The notes beneath the pieces are model-generated. The model had not been told where the DNA came from. It saw only the letters and a list, made by a program, of their open reading frames with translations, and searched no databases. Of a stretch of 57,075 nucleotides of DNA, positions 20,721 through 29,859 are shown piece after piece. The stretch comes from a virus (Duplodnaviria > Caudoviricetes). The stretch covers positions 1 to 57,075 of the IMG/VR virus record IMGVR_UViG_3300037502_003070; one strand, written 5' to 3'. Numbering within the stretch: position 1 is the stretch's first letter; every line of letters starts with the position of its first letter. Made by a program: the position numbers and the translations under genes.

Positions 20721-23290
20721 ACCATCCCCTTTACTGCCGCAATCGTATAGTTGAAGTGGTTCTTGTTGAATTTCGCAAAATAGTATGCGTTTTCGTACAA
20801 AGACTGCAAACCCATTGAAAGGATTTCAGTTGAGTCGTTTCCGGGGTAATACTTCCCCGTGTACGCATTTTCAAATCCGTTTTTTGTAGCTACTTCGTGG
20901 GTTGAGTAGCCATTTCCTAAGTGCTTTACTGGTTGCTCAAAAGTTTGCGAATGCAAAAACGCCCTGGAGGTTCCCCCGATCTTGCCTTCGTTTGAGTGCT
21001 CGATTGCGTGGCCAATTTCGTGAATTATGACAGATGTGCCGGCGTGAGGCGCAAGAAAAACAGTGTCGCCGCTACAATGGCTCCGGCCGTCATAGTTGGG
21101 GTGATTCGGGTCCATCGCCTTAAATTTAATCTTTCCGATTGAAAGACTTGGCGAAATTATAGACGAAAGCCAGTTAATAGCTTCCGAAACATCAGCTTTT
21201 TGATTTTCGGGAAGAGACTCGACCCCTTCGGTTTCTATTTTAATTTCTCCGCTTTCTCCGATTTCTTTTATCAGGGCGGAAAACGATTCTTTTCTAATTG
21301 ATTCTTCTATTTGATAAACAGAATCCGAACGGGCCTTTATCTCTGCTCCTATCCTATCCATTTCCAATTCATTTCCGCTTCTTGAAGCAGCCGCCCAAGG
21401 ATCATAGAAGCTATCTATCTCCTTTTCCATTGAAGTCTTTTTATCATATAACTCTTTTGTAGCCGAAAGCCTCATCTCGACTAAAGATTTCCTATAGTGC
21501 TCGATTGCCGCGTTTGCGATTTGAGATATTTTCCTGCCTTTTCTGGCACTTCTTCTAGTCGCTTCGCTTTTATTTTCTTTTTCCCACGTCTTGACTGAAT
21601 AATTTCTGTCCGCCCGAACCCGGAGAGACTGCGGGAGCCAGTCTGAATACATATAATCGTCAAGCGCTTCGTCGCCTATTAAGTCTGGATTCGATTCAGA
21701 TGCTTTTCTAACTAAATCTTTGTGTTCGTCTTGAAGCTTATAGTCCCATCTCATTTCTGCCAGATCAGAAGGAAATTTGCCAAGCCTTGATAGGGTTTCT
21801 GCAAGATTGGATAAATTTGTAAATTCAGAAGCTTTTTCTACTCTTGAAAACATGGACTTAAATCCGTGCATGTTTTCTATTTTTTTAGCTATAGAATCCG
21901 CGTCTCCCCATCTTTTTTCACTAACAGCTTGAGCGTACCGGCTGGATATTTCGTAAAATCTTTTGTAATCCTTTTCAAAAGATTTAATTTTGTTGGCCTT
22001 TTCCCTTACCATGTATTGAAGAGAACTTATTTCTTCTGGCCTTTTTTTATTTAATTCGTCAAGGTTTTTTATTACACCCAAAACGTCATTTCGTGATTTT
22101 TGAATGTCCCATTCTTTTTGAATTTCTTCTTTTGCGCCAAACCTTCTTTTTCGCTCTTCTAGGTATTTGTTCCAGGCGTTTTCCTTTATTTGCAAATCTT
22201 CGCTTTCGCTTTCCTGCTTATATTTCTTGTAAAGCTCCGATCGGGATTCCTCTTCCTTTTTTGTAAAAGACGGCCTCTTGTTTTCTTTTTGCGGCCGAAT
22301 ACTTCCTATTTTCTGTCCTTTCAGCGCCGGCGGTCCCTTTGATATTTCGCCATTCCCTTTCACGAAAACCGGCGTCCCGCCTTTTTCTCCTTTCGGGGCT
22401 TCTTTGTTCGAGCCTATGGTTATCCATCGGCCGCCCTCGGTGGCTTCGTACATTTCGGCAAATCGGGCCGAAAACCGTTCTTCCGGTTTCACCGGTTCGA
22501 ACAGCTTCGGATTCGGCTTGAGTTTCGCGGCCAGAATCCGGGGGATCATGTTGTTGTGCAAAATGAACGGCCGGATATCGACGCCCTGCTGCCGGGCCTC
22601 TTGGATCATCGCCGCAAGCTTTCCAAGGTGATTCGCGACCTGCTTCGGGTCGACGCCCGGAACCGCTTGGGAGGTCTGCCGAACCCCTAGCGCGACAAGT
22701 TTCGGATCGACCCCGCCGGACTGGGTGTAGCCGCCCCACTGACGCGCCGCGGCTTTTCGGATCGAGTCGGAGAGCGTATCGTCGGGAGACGGCTCGAATT
22801 CCTGGCCGGACTTGGCCGCTTTCAATCTTCCCTCGGATTGCCTCGATTCGTGGGCTGATTTGGCCCCCTGCATCGCTTGGGCGATCGGCTGGACAATCGC
22901 TTCGGCGTCGTTCGTCCAGGCGATCAAGGGCCGCCGGATCGCTTCGGGGAGATTGGAGTAGTGGAGGGGGTGGGATTTGCTGCCAGGGGTGGGTTCTTTG
23001 ACTTCGCCGGTGGACTGGACGGGTTTTTCCTTCGTCTTTTCATCTTTTCCCGCCGGCGCCGCCGGCCCCGGTGTCGATTTGACCGGGCTTGGCGGGCCGG
23101 TGATTTTCTTCCCCGTCCGGCCGATTTCGCCGGAATTGGTTAGGAAAAACTGCTGGCCGCCGTCGCCGGTGACGTATCGGCCGCGGTCGCCGAATTTCCC
23201 GGTCGTTTGGCCATCGGCGGCTGCCGAAAAACGGTCAATAATCGCCCTGGCAGTAAAAGCGGCCACAATGTCGCGAGCATTGATTATCAC
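20717..23290 (-). CDS. Modular protein with C-terminal zincin metallopeptidase
   Basis: 857 aa; HEIGH at 21008-21022 plus downstream TEILSMG; WITI module; AT-rich C-terminal two-thirds. Confidence 0.7.
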   Translation of the reverse strand: MIINARDIVAAFTARAIIDRFSAAADGQTTGKFGDRGRYVTGDGGQQFFLTNSGEIGRTGKKITGPPSPVKSTPGPAAPAGKDEKTKEKPVQSTGEVKEPTPGSKSHPLHYSNLPEAIRRPLIAWTNDAEAIVQPIAQAMQGAKSAHESRQSEGRLKAAKSGQEFEPSPDDTLSDSIRKAAARQWGGYTQSGGVDPKLVALGVRQTSQAVPGVDPKQVANHLGKLAAMIQEARQQGVDIRPFILHNNMIPRILAAKLKPNPKLFEPVKPEERFSARFAEMYEATEGGRWITIGSNKEAPKGEKGGTPVFVKGNGEISKGPPALKGQKIGSIRPQKENKRPSFTKKEEESRSELYKKYKQESESEDLQIKENAWNKYLEERKRRFGAKEEIQKEWDIQKSRNDVLGVIKNLDELNKKRPEEISSLQYMVREKANKIKSFEKDYKRFYEISSRYAQAVSEKRWGDADSIAKKIENMHGFKSMFSRVEKASEFTNLSNLAETLSRLGKFPSDLAEMRWDYKLQDEHKDLVRKASESNPDLIGDEALDDYMYSDWLPQSLRVRADRNYSVKTWEKENKSEATRRSARKGRKISQIANAAIEHYRKSLVEMRLSATKELYDKKTSMEKEIDSFYDPWAAASRSGNELEMDRIGAEIKARSDSVYQIEESIRKESFSALIKEIGESGEIKIETEGVESLPENQKADVSEAINWLSSIISPSLSIGKIKFKAMDPNHPNYDGRSHCSGDTVFLAPHAGTSVIIHEIGHAIEHSNEGKIGGTSRAFLHSQTFEQPVKHLGNGYSTHEVATKNGFENAYTGKYYPGNDSTEILSMGLQSLYENAYYFAKFNKNHFNYTIAAVKGMV

Positions 23291-24747
23291 GGAGAATAAA
23301 CCTGAGAAAGTGAAGCGCTAGCCGCGTTCGGCGTGGTAATCCGAATCTTGGCGATCGTCCCGTTCTGCCGCGCGAACGAAAGGTCATATTCCTGTTCGCG
23401 ATACAACATTAACTGAGCTAATCCCGTCGAGTCGGTCACGTCCTCGATAACCGCGTTGACCGCCATCGTCCCGGATGCTACCGACCACCCGGCCGGGAAT
23501 CGGGCTGTCACGGTCACCGATTCGAACGGGCTCCCGGATTGCTTGGCGACGTAAACCGAAAGCAAGCATTGAGACGGCGACGGCGGGGTCGGTGCGGGGA
23601 TCGCGACTAGGGTTTTCGTGACCGTCGCGTCGGCGGCGACTACCAAGGAAGAATCTGCGACGGGCTGGTATCCCGGCGGGGGTGTCGTTCGAAGTGTGTA
23701 GGTATCGGCGTCGAGATTGATCACCGCGACACCCGACGAATTCGAGTAAACGACCGTTGACGTTCCGACGATTGAAAATTTCGTCGCGGGGACGGCACCG
23801 CCGGCCGAAGTGGCTACCAGGGTGATTGCGTAATCTCCCTCGCCACCGCCGCCGGAAGGGGCTTGAGATAGTGCCGTCGATTTCCACCGCCAGATGCTTG
23901 AGACGAATTCTAGCATTGTCGATAGAGCGTAGACGACCAGCCCCATCGATCCGGCCGTGGCTGAATATCCACTGACCAAGGCGGACCAGACACCAGACAC
24001 GATTGCCGCAATGGCGTGAACGTGACTGTTTGCATCAATTTGGATCTTGTCGCCTGCGGTCGGTGCTGATGTTAGCGGTTCTTCAATCGTGATCGTCGAC
24101 GTGCCGTCGCCATTATTTACGTAGGTTAAAATCGGACTGTTTTGGTTCGCAATCGTCGCATCTTCTGCAAAACTTAAAATAGAGTGTTTAAAAGCTCCTG
24201 TCGGGTAATTAACCCCGGAAATATTGAAAGCAGTCGTTGTTGGAGTCGGGGACGCAAGAACGGTGCCTTCGACCAGCAGATTACTTTTTCGAATCGTGTC
24301 GAGATTTTTGCCGGTCGAATGAGCAGACAGGTGATCGCGGTTATCCTCGTCCCACACAGCATCGGCAATAGATCCGCGCTCGCCAGTCGTCAGCGAATAG
24401 CCCGCTTTGTCGCTGTTTGCCACAGTCGTTACCGCAGGGGCTCCGACCTGTTGAACGTCGGGGATGATGACGTAATTCGCGAGCGTTCCCTCAATTGTGA
24501 GCCGTGGAGTCGCTGACGCATACGCATCATTAGGGATCGCGATCTCGTAGGATCCATCTCCTACGTCGGTGTAGTTTGGCGTGGGCGCATTGACGATCGT
24601 AATCGTCACCGGCGACGATCCTTGCCGCTTGTACTTGATGGTCGCACCGTTGCTGTGCAGCAACAAACCAGGTGCAGGAATACCCCCGTCATCAAGTATT
24701 CGGATCGTCGCCAGATTGCCGGTTGAATTAACAGATCGCAGACTCAT
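23287..24747 (-). CDS. Virion fibre/appendage-like protein
   Basis: 486 aa, Thr/Ser/Ala-rich, IADAVWDE motif, Ig-like/carboxypeptidase-regulatory-like C-terminus. Confidence 0.55.
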   Translation of the reverse strand: MSLRSVNSTGNLATIRILDDGGIPAPGLLLHSNGATIKYKRQGSSPVTITIVNAPTPNYTDVGDGSYEIAIPNDAYASATPRLTIEGTLANYVIIPDVQQVGAPAVTTVANSDKAGYSLTTGERGSIADAVWDEDNRDHLSAHSTGKNLDTIRKSNLLVEGTVLASPTPTTTAFNISGVNYPTGAFKHSILSFAEDATIANQNSPILTYVNNGDGTSTITIEEPLTSAPTAGDKIQIDANSHVHAIAAIVSGVWSALVSGYSATAGSMGLVVYALSTMLEFVSSIWRWKSTALSQAPSGGGGEGDYAITLVATSAGGAVPATKFSIVGTSTVVYSNSSGVAVINLDADTYTLRTTPPPGYQPVADSSLVVAADATVTKTLVAIPAPTPPSPSQCLLSVYVAKQSGSPFESVTVTARFPAGWSVASGTMAVNAVIEDVTDSTGLAQLMLYREQEYDLSFARQNGTIAKIRITTPNAASASLSQVYSP

Positions 24748-24748
24748 A

Positions 24749-25567
24749 TCACACCCCCATCACAGCCGCATGGCTCGCGGCGAAAATTGCCAGCGGGTTC
24801 GACGGAAACGCAAACAGTGCGGGCTGTGGTGCCGGCGTCAACATGCCACCGCGGCCAATTTGGTAGAGTTGTCTAGCTTCTGCGTCCGAAAGTGATCGAT
24901 TCCAAACTGCGTTTTCAAAAATACGACCACTTCCTGGAATGTCGGACAAAAATTGTGATGTTCCCATTTGCCAACTCGTCATAGCACCGAGAGTCGAGGG
25001 AATTATTGAAATGAAACCTAGCGTTACGCTCGCACCATCAAAATATGCCCTGAGTTTTTCAGCATTTGTTAATTTTGACCCGTCGTACACTACTACTAAA
25101 TGATGCAAATTTAAATCGTTACTAAAAAGCGTAGCGAATGAGTTATTTGCACCGTTGACGGCTGTTATGTACACAACGCCGTCCGAAAAGACTAACGTGT
25201 TAAAACGAATATTTTGCCCACTGACACCAGCACCAAACATTGGTCCATTGGTCGATACCGAAGTGCGTCTAAACCATGCAGAATACGAGGCATTAACAGC
25301 ACCGTTGAAAAACGTCCAGGGCACATTAACAACATCGTTTGACCCGTCAAAATCCAAAGCGTAGCGGCCACCATCAACGACCCAATCTGTAGCCGCATCC
25401 ATGTTGGTCAGCGTGCCCCAGTTTGATGGGCCGCTAAGATCCGCTAAGCGTGTACCTGTGGGGCCGAGACACGGAGCCAAATAAAGACGAACACCTTCCC
25501 ACAGTTCTGGGTAGGCGCTCTGATCATGCGTCCCAAAATGCTCCCAGCTTGGCACGTCTACGATCAC
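24749..25567 (-). CDS. LamG/concanavalin A-like lectin domain protein
   Basis: ALDFDGSND, SYSAWF, HHLVVVYDG and WNRSLSDAE..LY motifs. Confidence 0.85.
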   Translation of the reverse strand: MIVDVPSWEHFGTHDQSAYPELWEGVRLYLAPCLGPTGTRLADLSGPSNWGTLTNMDAATDWVVDGGRYALDFDGSNDVVNVPWTFFNGAVNASYSAWFRRTSVSTNGPMFGAGVSGQNIRFNTLVFSDGVVYITAVNGANNSFATLFSNDLNLHHLVVVYDGSKLTNAEKLRAYFDGASVTLGFISIIPSTLGAMTSWQMGTSQFLSDIPGSGRIFENAVWNRSLSDAEARQLYQIGRGGMLTPAPQPALFAFPSNPLAIFAASHAAVMGV

Positions 25568-26091
25568 GCCCCGATCCTCCAGCGATGCGGGACAATCTCG
25601 ATCCGAGTCAAATTGCCACTCGCTGGTGAGCGGTTGCGAAACGCGACCGAGAAGTTGTTAATAATCATCGGAGCCAAGTAACGTCCAACTGGTTGGATCC
25701 ACCAAGGCCCTTGATAGAGCCTCGTATCCGCATCGTTGGTTGCGATCAGACTGTAGAACCGACCGCCAAATTGCCGCAGGTTCGCATCATTCGTCCCGCG
25801 AGTGTACGAGCCATCGGAACCGGTCAGCTTTGCTGGGAAACGCGTTCCGTCGTGCGACCAACCGAGATAGAGATCAACAGTCCCCCCCGCTGTTGGTGCG
25901 GTGCCAGTCTCGACAAATAGGTGAACAGCAAGCCACGGCGGAATGTTGGCACCAAGGTCAGCAAACTCACCCTGTTGCGCCGAAGTGTTTGCCAATCCGT
26001 TGACTGAAATGATCTTGCTCACCCCAGTCCCACCGGATGGACCCCAGACAATTGGCGTTTGCGGCACTAGATCAGCGTATGACGTTGGCAT
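25564..26091 (-). CDS. Hypothetical virion protein
   Basis: Start MPTSYA overlaps the upstream stop (TGATG). Confidence 0.6.
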   Translation of the reverse strand: MPTSYADLVPQTPIVWGPSGGTGVSKIISVNGLANTSAQQGEFADLGANIPPWLAVHLFVETGTAPTAGGTVDLYLGWSHDGTRFPAKLTGSDGSYTRGTNDANLRQFGGRFYSLIATNDADTRLYQGPWWIQPVGRYLAPMIINNFSVAFRNRSPASGNLTRIEIVPHRWRIGA

Positions 26092-26534
26092 CAGAGATGT
26101 CCTCCGGGGCGGCGCGGCATCATTGCGGCCGATACGTCGTTCGCAGAAATTGTCTGCGGTGACCACGAAAGCAGTTCGATTTCGTCAATGTCGGCCTGAG
26201 AAATTAGCGAAGCGGATAAAAGAACCTGCATCATCAACTGAACCGATTCGAGAGTGAAATCGATCGAATCGCCGGTGGCAACATAGTCAACGAGCGTTTT
26301 GCAAACGACACGAACGGTGTAATCTTTCGACGTGTCTGAACACGTCAACGCAATCGCCCCCCATTTCTGATTGCGGCTTGCGATTTTCATAATGTCCCGT
26401 GTCAAGACAAAAACCCGAACCGGCGGAAGTATTGCCGTCATTCTTTCTGCGCATCCCTGATCGTCTCCGTCGATCGCGAGCCGCGAGGCGTTGGGGTCGG
26501 CGTCGATTGCTTCTAGTAATTCTTCGGGGGTCAT
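26091..26534 (-). CDS. Hypothetical protein
   Basis: Start MTPEEL forms an ATGA overlap with the upstream stop. Confidence 0.6.
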   Translation of the reverse strand: MTPEELLEAIDADPNASRLAIDGDDQGCAERMTAILPPVRVFVLTRDIMKIASRNQKWGAIALTCSDTSKDYTVRVVCKTLVDYVATGDSIDFTLESVQLMMQVLLSASLISQADIDEIELLSWSPQTISANDVSAAMMPRRPGGHL

Positions 26535-26788
26535 TCTCTTGGCTTCCCGGTTTTGTGTAAGCAATCAATTCGCAAATCCAGGCAATCGTTAATGATTGCC
26601 TGATTTTTAACTGTCAATTCTAGTTCGTACAGCCTTTGCTCGACCTTCGAGAATCGACGGCCAAGATTACAAAGCAGGCAGAATAGGAAGATCGAAAGAC
26701 CGATATACCAAATCGCCGTCAAGTCCCCGCCGGTTGCCGCGGCGAGTTCGTCATAGAGTTCCGGGTTCGACGGATTCGGCTGCGACAT
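26531..26788 (-). CDS. Small single-TM protein
   Basis: AIWYIGLSIFLFCLLC helix followed by a coiled coil. Confidence 0.55.
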   Translation of the reverse strand: MSQPNPSNPELYDELAAATGGDLTAIWYIGLSIFLFCLLCNLGRRFSKVEQRLYELELTVKNQAIINDCLDLRIDCLHKTGKPRE

Positions 26789-26908
26789 CGGTTGTCCCTC
26801 TCCACCACTGGACCATTCGAAGAATTAACGTAATCGGGTTTAGATCGTAGGTCGGTGCCGAAATCAACGGCTCAAAAACCCACCGATACAGGAGTTCATA
26901 AATAAACG

Positions 26909-27220
26909 TCATTTTGTTTTCACCAAACTTTCTAAGTGCTCGACTCGTTCGCGTAAATGCTGACGATCAGCGATACATTCGCTGTTTGCGGTCAGTAATG
27001 ATTCGAGTTTTACCTCGATTTTGCTTTTGTAATCAGAAAAAGCAGACCGCGAATCGACCAAATCCTGCCGCGTCTCTTTTATCTGAGACTCCATCAGGCC
27101 GAAATTGACGCGAAACAAAAACCCGATGGCCCCGGTCAATGTCGAAGCCCCGACGGCGATTGCCCACGGGATCCACTCGACGATTGACTGCCCTGGGTGT
27201 GGCGGTTGTAAATCGGTCAT
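26909..27220 (-). CDS. Single-TM coiled-coil protein (holin-like)
   Basis: WIPWAIAVGASTLTGAIGFLF then coiled coil; coupled to the portal stop. Confidence 0.5.
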   Translation of the reverse strand: MTDLQPPHPGQSIVEWIPWAIAVGASTLTGAIGFLFRVNFGLMESQIKETRQDLVDSRSAFSDYKSKIEVKLESLLTANSECIADRQHLRERVEHLESLVKTK

Positions 27221-28824
27221 TTCGCGAGTCCTCTGCTCTGTAATTCGCGGCCTAAAGACTGGGCGAAAGCTTCCGGGGAGGGGAATACTGCGCCGGCCCC
27301 CCGCATTGCTGCGAAAGCGGCCTTTGGGCTTCCAGGGGGAATTGGCTCACCGCCGGCGGCTGATCCGGGAACCATCTCTGGCGGCATTCCCGGCTGTTGC
27401 GGCGGGTAAATCTTCGGATTAGCCAAAATCTCGTCGTCGGCGTCCGGCCGGGCCGATCCGATTATCTGATAAAGCTCGTCCGACTTGATTTTGAGCCCCA
27501 TCTCGTAGGCTTTTCCGATCGCTTCAAGTCGTTCGCGGACGTTATCGGATTCGGTGTCGATCACGAATTTGACGCCGATATGCGCCGACTTCGGAAAATT
27601 CCAAAGCTGCAGCGGCCGCAAAATATCAGTGGTGATCGCTTCCTGCAGTTTGACCGCATCGTAGCTGAGAATGTCGCCAAGCGTCGCTAGGTGCGCATCT
27701 GCGACCCCTGAACCCATTCCGATTGCGTCTGCTTCGCTGCTTAACGTCTGGCCAAGAATGTACCGTTTGATCTTATGACCAAAATACGTCCGAATTATCT
27801 CGATCGTCGTGTTGACCCCGCCGAGCCCCGGTTCCACAAGCTGAGGCATGTATCGGTCAGAATCTTCGCCGGCGGGAATCGGTGCAAGAATCACCGTCCG
27901 CCCGCCACCCATCGCGGCGTAGGCGGCTTTTTCGGTTTCGCTTTTCGCTTGCTTATTGCCAGATTGATACGGCCAAATCTCAATCCCAAACGCGGCCCGG
28001 TCTAAATACTCGATAACCCGCTGCAAACACTCGATTTGAGCGTACCACGTCCAGTAAATCCGATCGCGAATCCCGACCCCGTGAATTCGGCCGGCCATGC
28101 GGGGCTGATCCCACGGGCCGTCTTCGATTAAATGCTTGTGGACCGCGACGGTTGCCCGTTCCCATCGGTTCAACCAGTAGACCAAGCCGGATTCGGTGGC
28201 CTGAATCCTGGCTCGCCCCTTTTCGTCGCGATTGCTCGGAAGCTCTGGCCGAAATGCCGACGAAACCCGGATCCCAATTTGGTCCGGGTCGATATCGTGC
28301 GATCCGTCGTCGTACCGAAAAACAAGCTTATCCCCGTGACGCGGCTCCCATCGGCGAATAACCGTTCGCCATTTCCCGCCGATATTTTTCGATCCGTACT
28401 GATTGGCGACGGCATAGCGACCGTACCAAATTGCTTCCTGCATCACCCGCCGGTATTCAGTAAAATACGGGGTGTTTTCCAGGATTGTCGTCAGCGCCGC
28501 GGCTAAGTCTTTTTGCTCTTGGCTCTTTTCGTCGTCGACCGCCAAGTGCCACGGGCAAAGGGCTACGGTTCGCTGCCGGCCCTCGACGCATTCCATAATG
28601 CCGCAATCGGCCCGCATCCTCTGAGCATTCGCCCTGCTATCCTGCAGAGCCTCGTCCATGTTGAGATAGCTTTTTGAGCTAACCCCGAACCGCCCCGATG
28701 CCGTGTGAATATGCGGGACGACATCCATCCCAAAATTCGGTGGGGCTCCCGTCCCCTTTGCTGGGTCGCGCAAAGACGCCTGAATTATCGACGCGGGGAT
28801 CGTGCGGGGGTCGATTTCGGCCAT
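27217..28824 (-). CDS. Portal protein, DUF935/Mu gp29-like
   Basis: EAIWYG, ILGQTLSSE..G..VADAH and ILRPL motifs; downstream of the terminase. Confidence 0.88.
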   Translation of the reverse strand: MAEIDPRTIPASIIQASLRDPAKGTGAPPNFGMDVVPHIHTASGRFGVSSKSYLNMDEALQDSRANAQRMRADCGIMECVEGRQRTVALCPWHLAVDDEKSQEQKDLAAALTTILENTPYFTEYRRVMQEAIWYGRYAVANQYGSKNIGGKWRTVIRRWEPRHGDKLVFRYDDGSHDIDPDQIGIRVSSAFRPELPSNRDEKGRARIQATESGLVYWLNRWERATVAVHKHLIEDGPWDQPRMAGRIHGVGIRDRIYWTWYAQIECLQRVIEYLDRAAFGIEIWPYQSGNKQAKSETEKAAYAAMGGGRTVILAPIPAGEDSDRYMPQLVEPGLGGVNTTIEIIRTYFGHKIKRYILGQTLSSEADAIGMGSGVADAHLATLGDILSYDAVKLQEAITTDILRPLQLWNFPKSAHIGVKFVIDTESDNVRERLEAIGKAYEMGLKIKSDELYQIIGSARPDADDEILANPKIYPPQQPGMPPEMVPGSAAGGEPIPPGSPKAAFAAMRGAGAVFPSPEAFAQSLGRELQSRGLAK

Positions 28825-28890
28825 TTTGCTACCAGGGTGGGTTACGCGGCGGGGTTGATCGTAGCATAAACCGCGGCCGATTTCGACACT

Positions 28891-29859
28891 TTACCGCCCC
28901 CGATTCGGCTCTCCGCGGTCGGGCTCGCCTCGGTTCGGTTGCGCGAAAAGCCTCTCGGGCAGGGTCGACCGGGTATAGGATCGCCGAATTGCCCTGGCCC
29001 GTTCGCCAACCGGCGTAAATTCTGCCTGACGAAATGGTCCTTCCCCGCCCATTCTGGCGACGGTTCGCGTTTTAAATCCGGCGGCCGTCGCTTTTCTCGG
29101 GACGTAATCGCCGTGAGACTGAATGAGACGGTAAGTGTGCTGATGACTCCAGACCGACCCACGGACGCGAAGATAATCCCAGACGGCCCCGCCGGCGGAT
29201 TGTGCAGACGCCCTCGAAAAGTCGTGGTATTTCCGAACGGGGACATCGTAATAGGCGTAGGTTTGACCCGGCCCGGATCGGCCGCCGGATGAAGTCACTC
29301 CCAGGAAGGTGACGTACAAAATCCCGCGGGTTCTTGATTCCGGCTCGAAAAAATACCCGTAAACGTTGGTCGATCCGGGGGTCAACCGCATCGCGTCCAT
29401 CATCTCCGCGAATTGCTGCGGATCGTATGCGGCGCCACGGCCAAATAATCCCCGCGGCCTTTCTGGTTCTGGGGGCGGAGGGGCTGCAGGTGGTGGCGGT
29501 GTGGGCGGCGGCGGCCCCGGTGGCGGTGGGGCCGCGGCCGGCCTGTTCGGATACGTTATCTGCGGCGGCGGTGATGGCCATTCCCGAATCTGTATCGGCG
29601 GGGCTCCCGGCCGCCAGTCCGGCGCCCGTTCCTCCCGTTGTTCCTGCTGCTGCCTTTGCCGAAAAACAAGTTCGGCCAGTCGTCGGGCAACTGCTCTTGC
29701 GAAATCCTGAGCGGCGACCGGCCTGAACGATCGGCGGCCGATTGTTTGCCGGACATAGGGGCCGGTTTCCGTTTCCGGCGGCCGTCCGGTCACCGCTTGG
29801 CTGATAATCCCGCGAACGGTGCGGCCGGCCGATTTGGCGAGGTTAAACAATCGGCTCAT
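28891..29859 (-). CDS. KTSC-like domain protein with Pro-rich linker
   Basis: STNV...LYVTF...YAYYDVP...SAGG pattern. Confidence 0.65.
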   Translation of the reverse strand: MSRLFNLAKSAGRTVRGIISQAVTGRPPETETGPYVRQTIGRRSFRPVAAQDFARAVARRLAELVFRQRQQQEQREERAPDWRPGAPPIQIREWPSPPPQITYPNRPAAAPPPPGPPPPTPPPPAAPPPPEPERPRGLFGRGAAYDPQQFAEMMDAMRLTPGSTNVYGYFFEPESRTRGILYVTFLGVTSSGGRSGPGQTYAYYDVPVRKYHDFSRASAQSAGGAVWDYLRVRGSVWSHQHTYRLIQSHGDYVPRKATAAGFKTRTVARMGGEGPFRQAEFTPVGERARAIRRSYTRSTLPERLFAQPNRGEPDRGEPNRGR

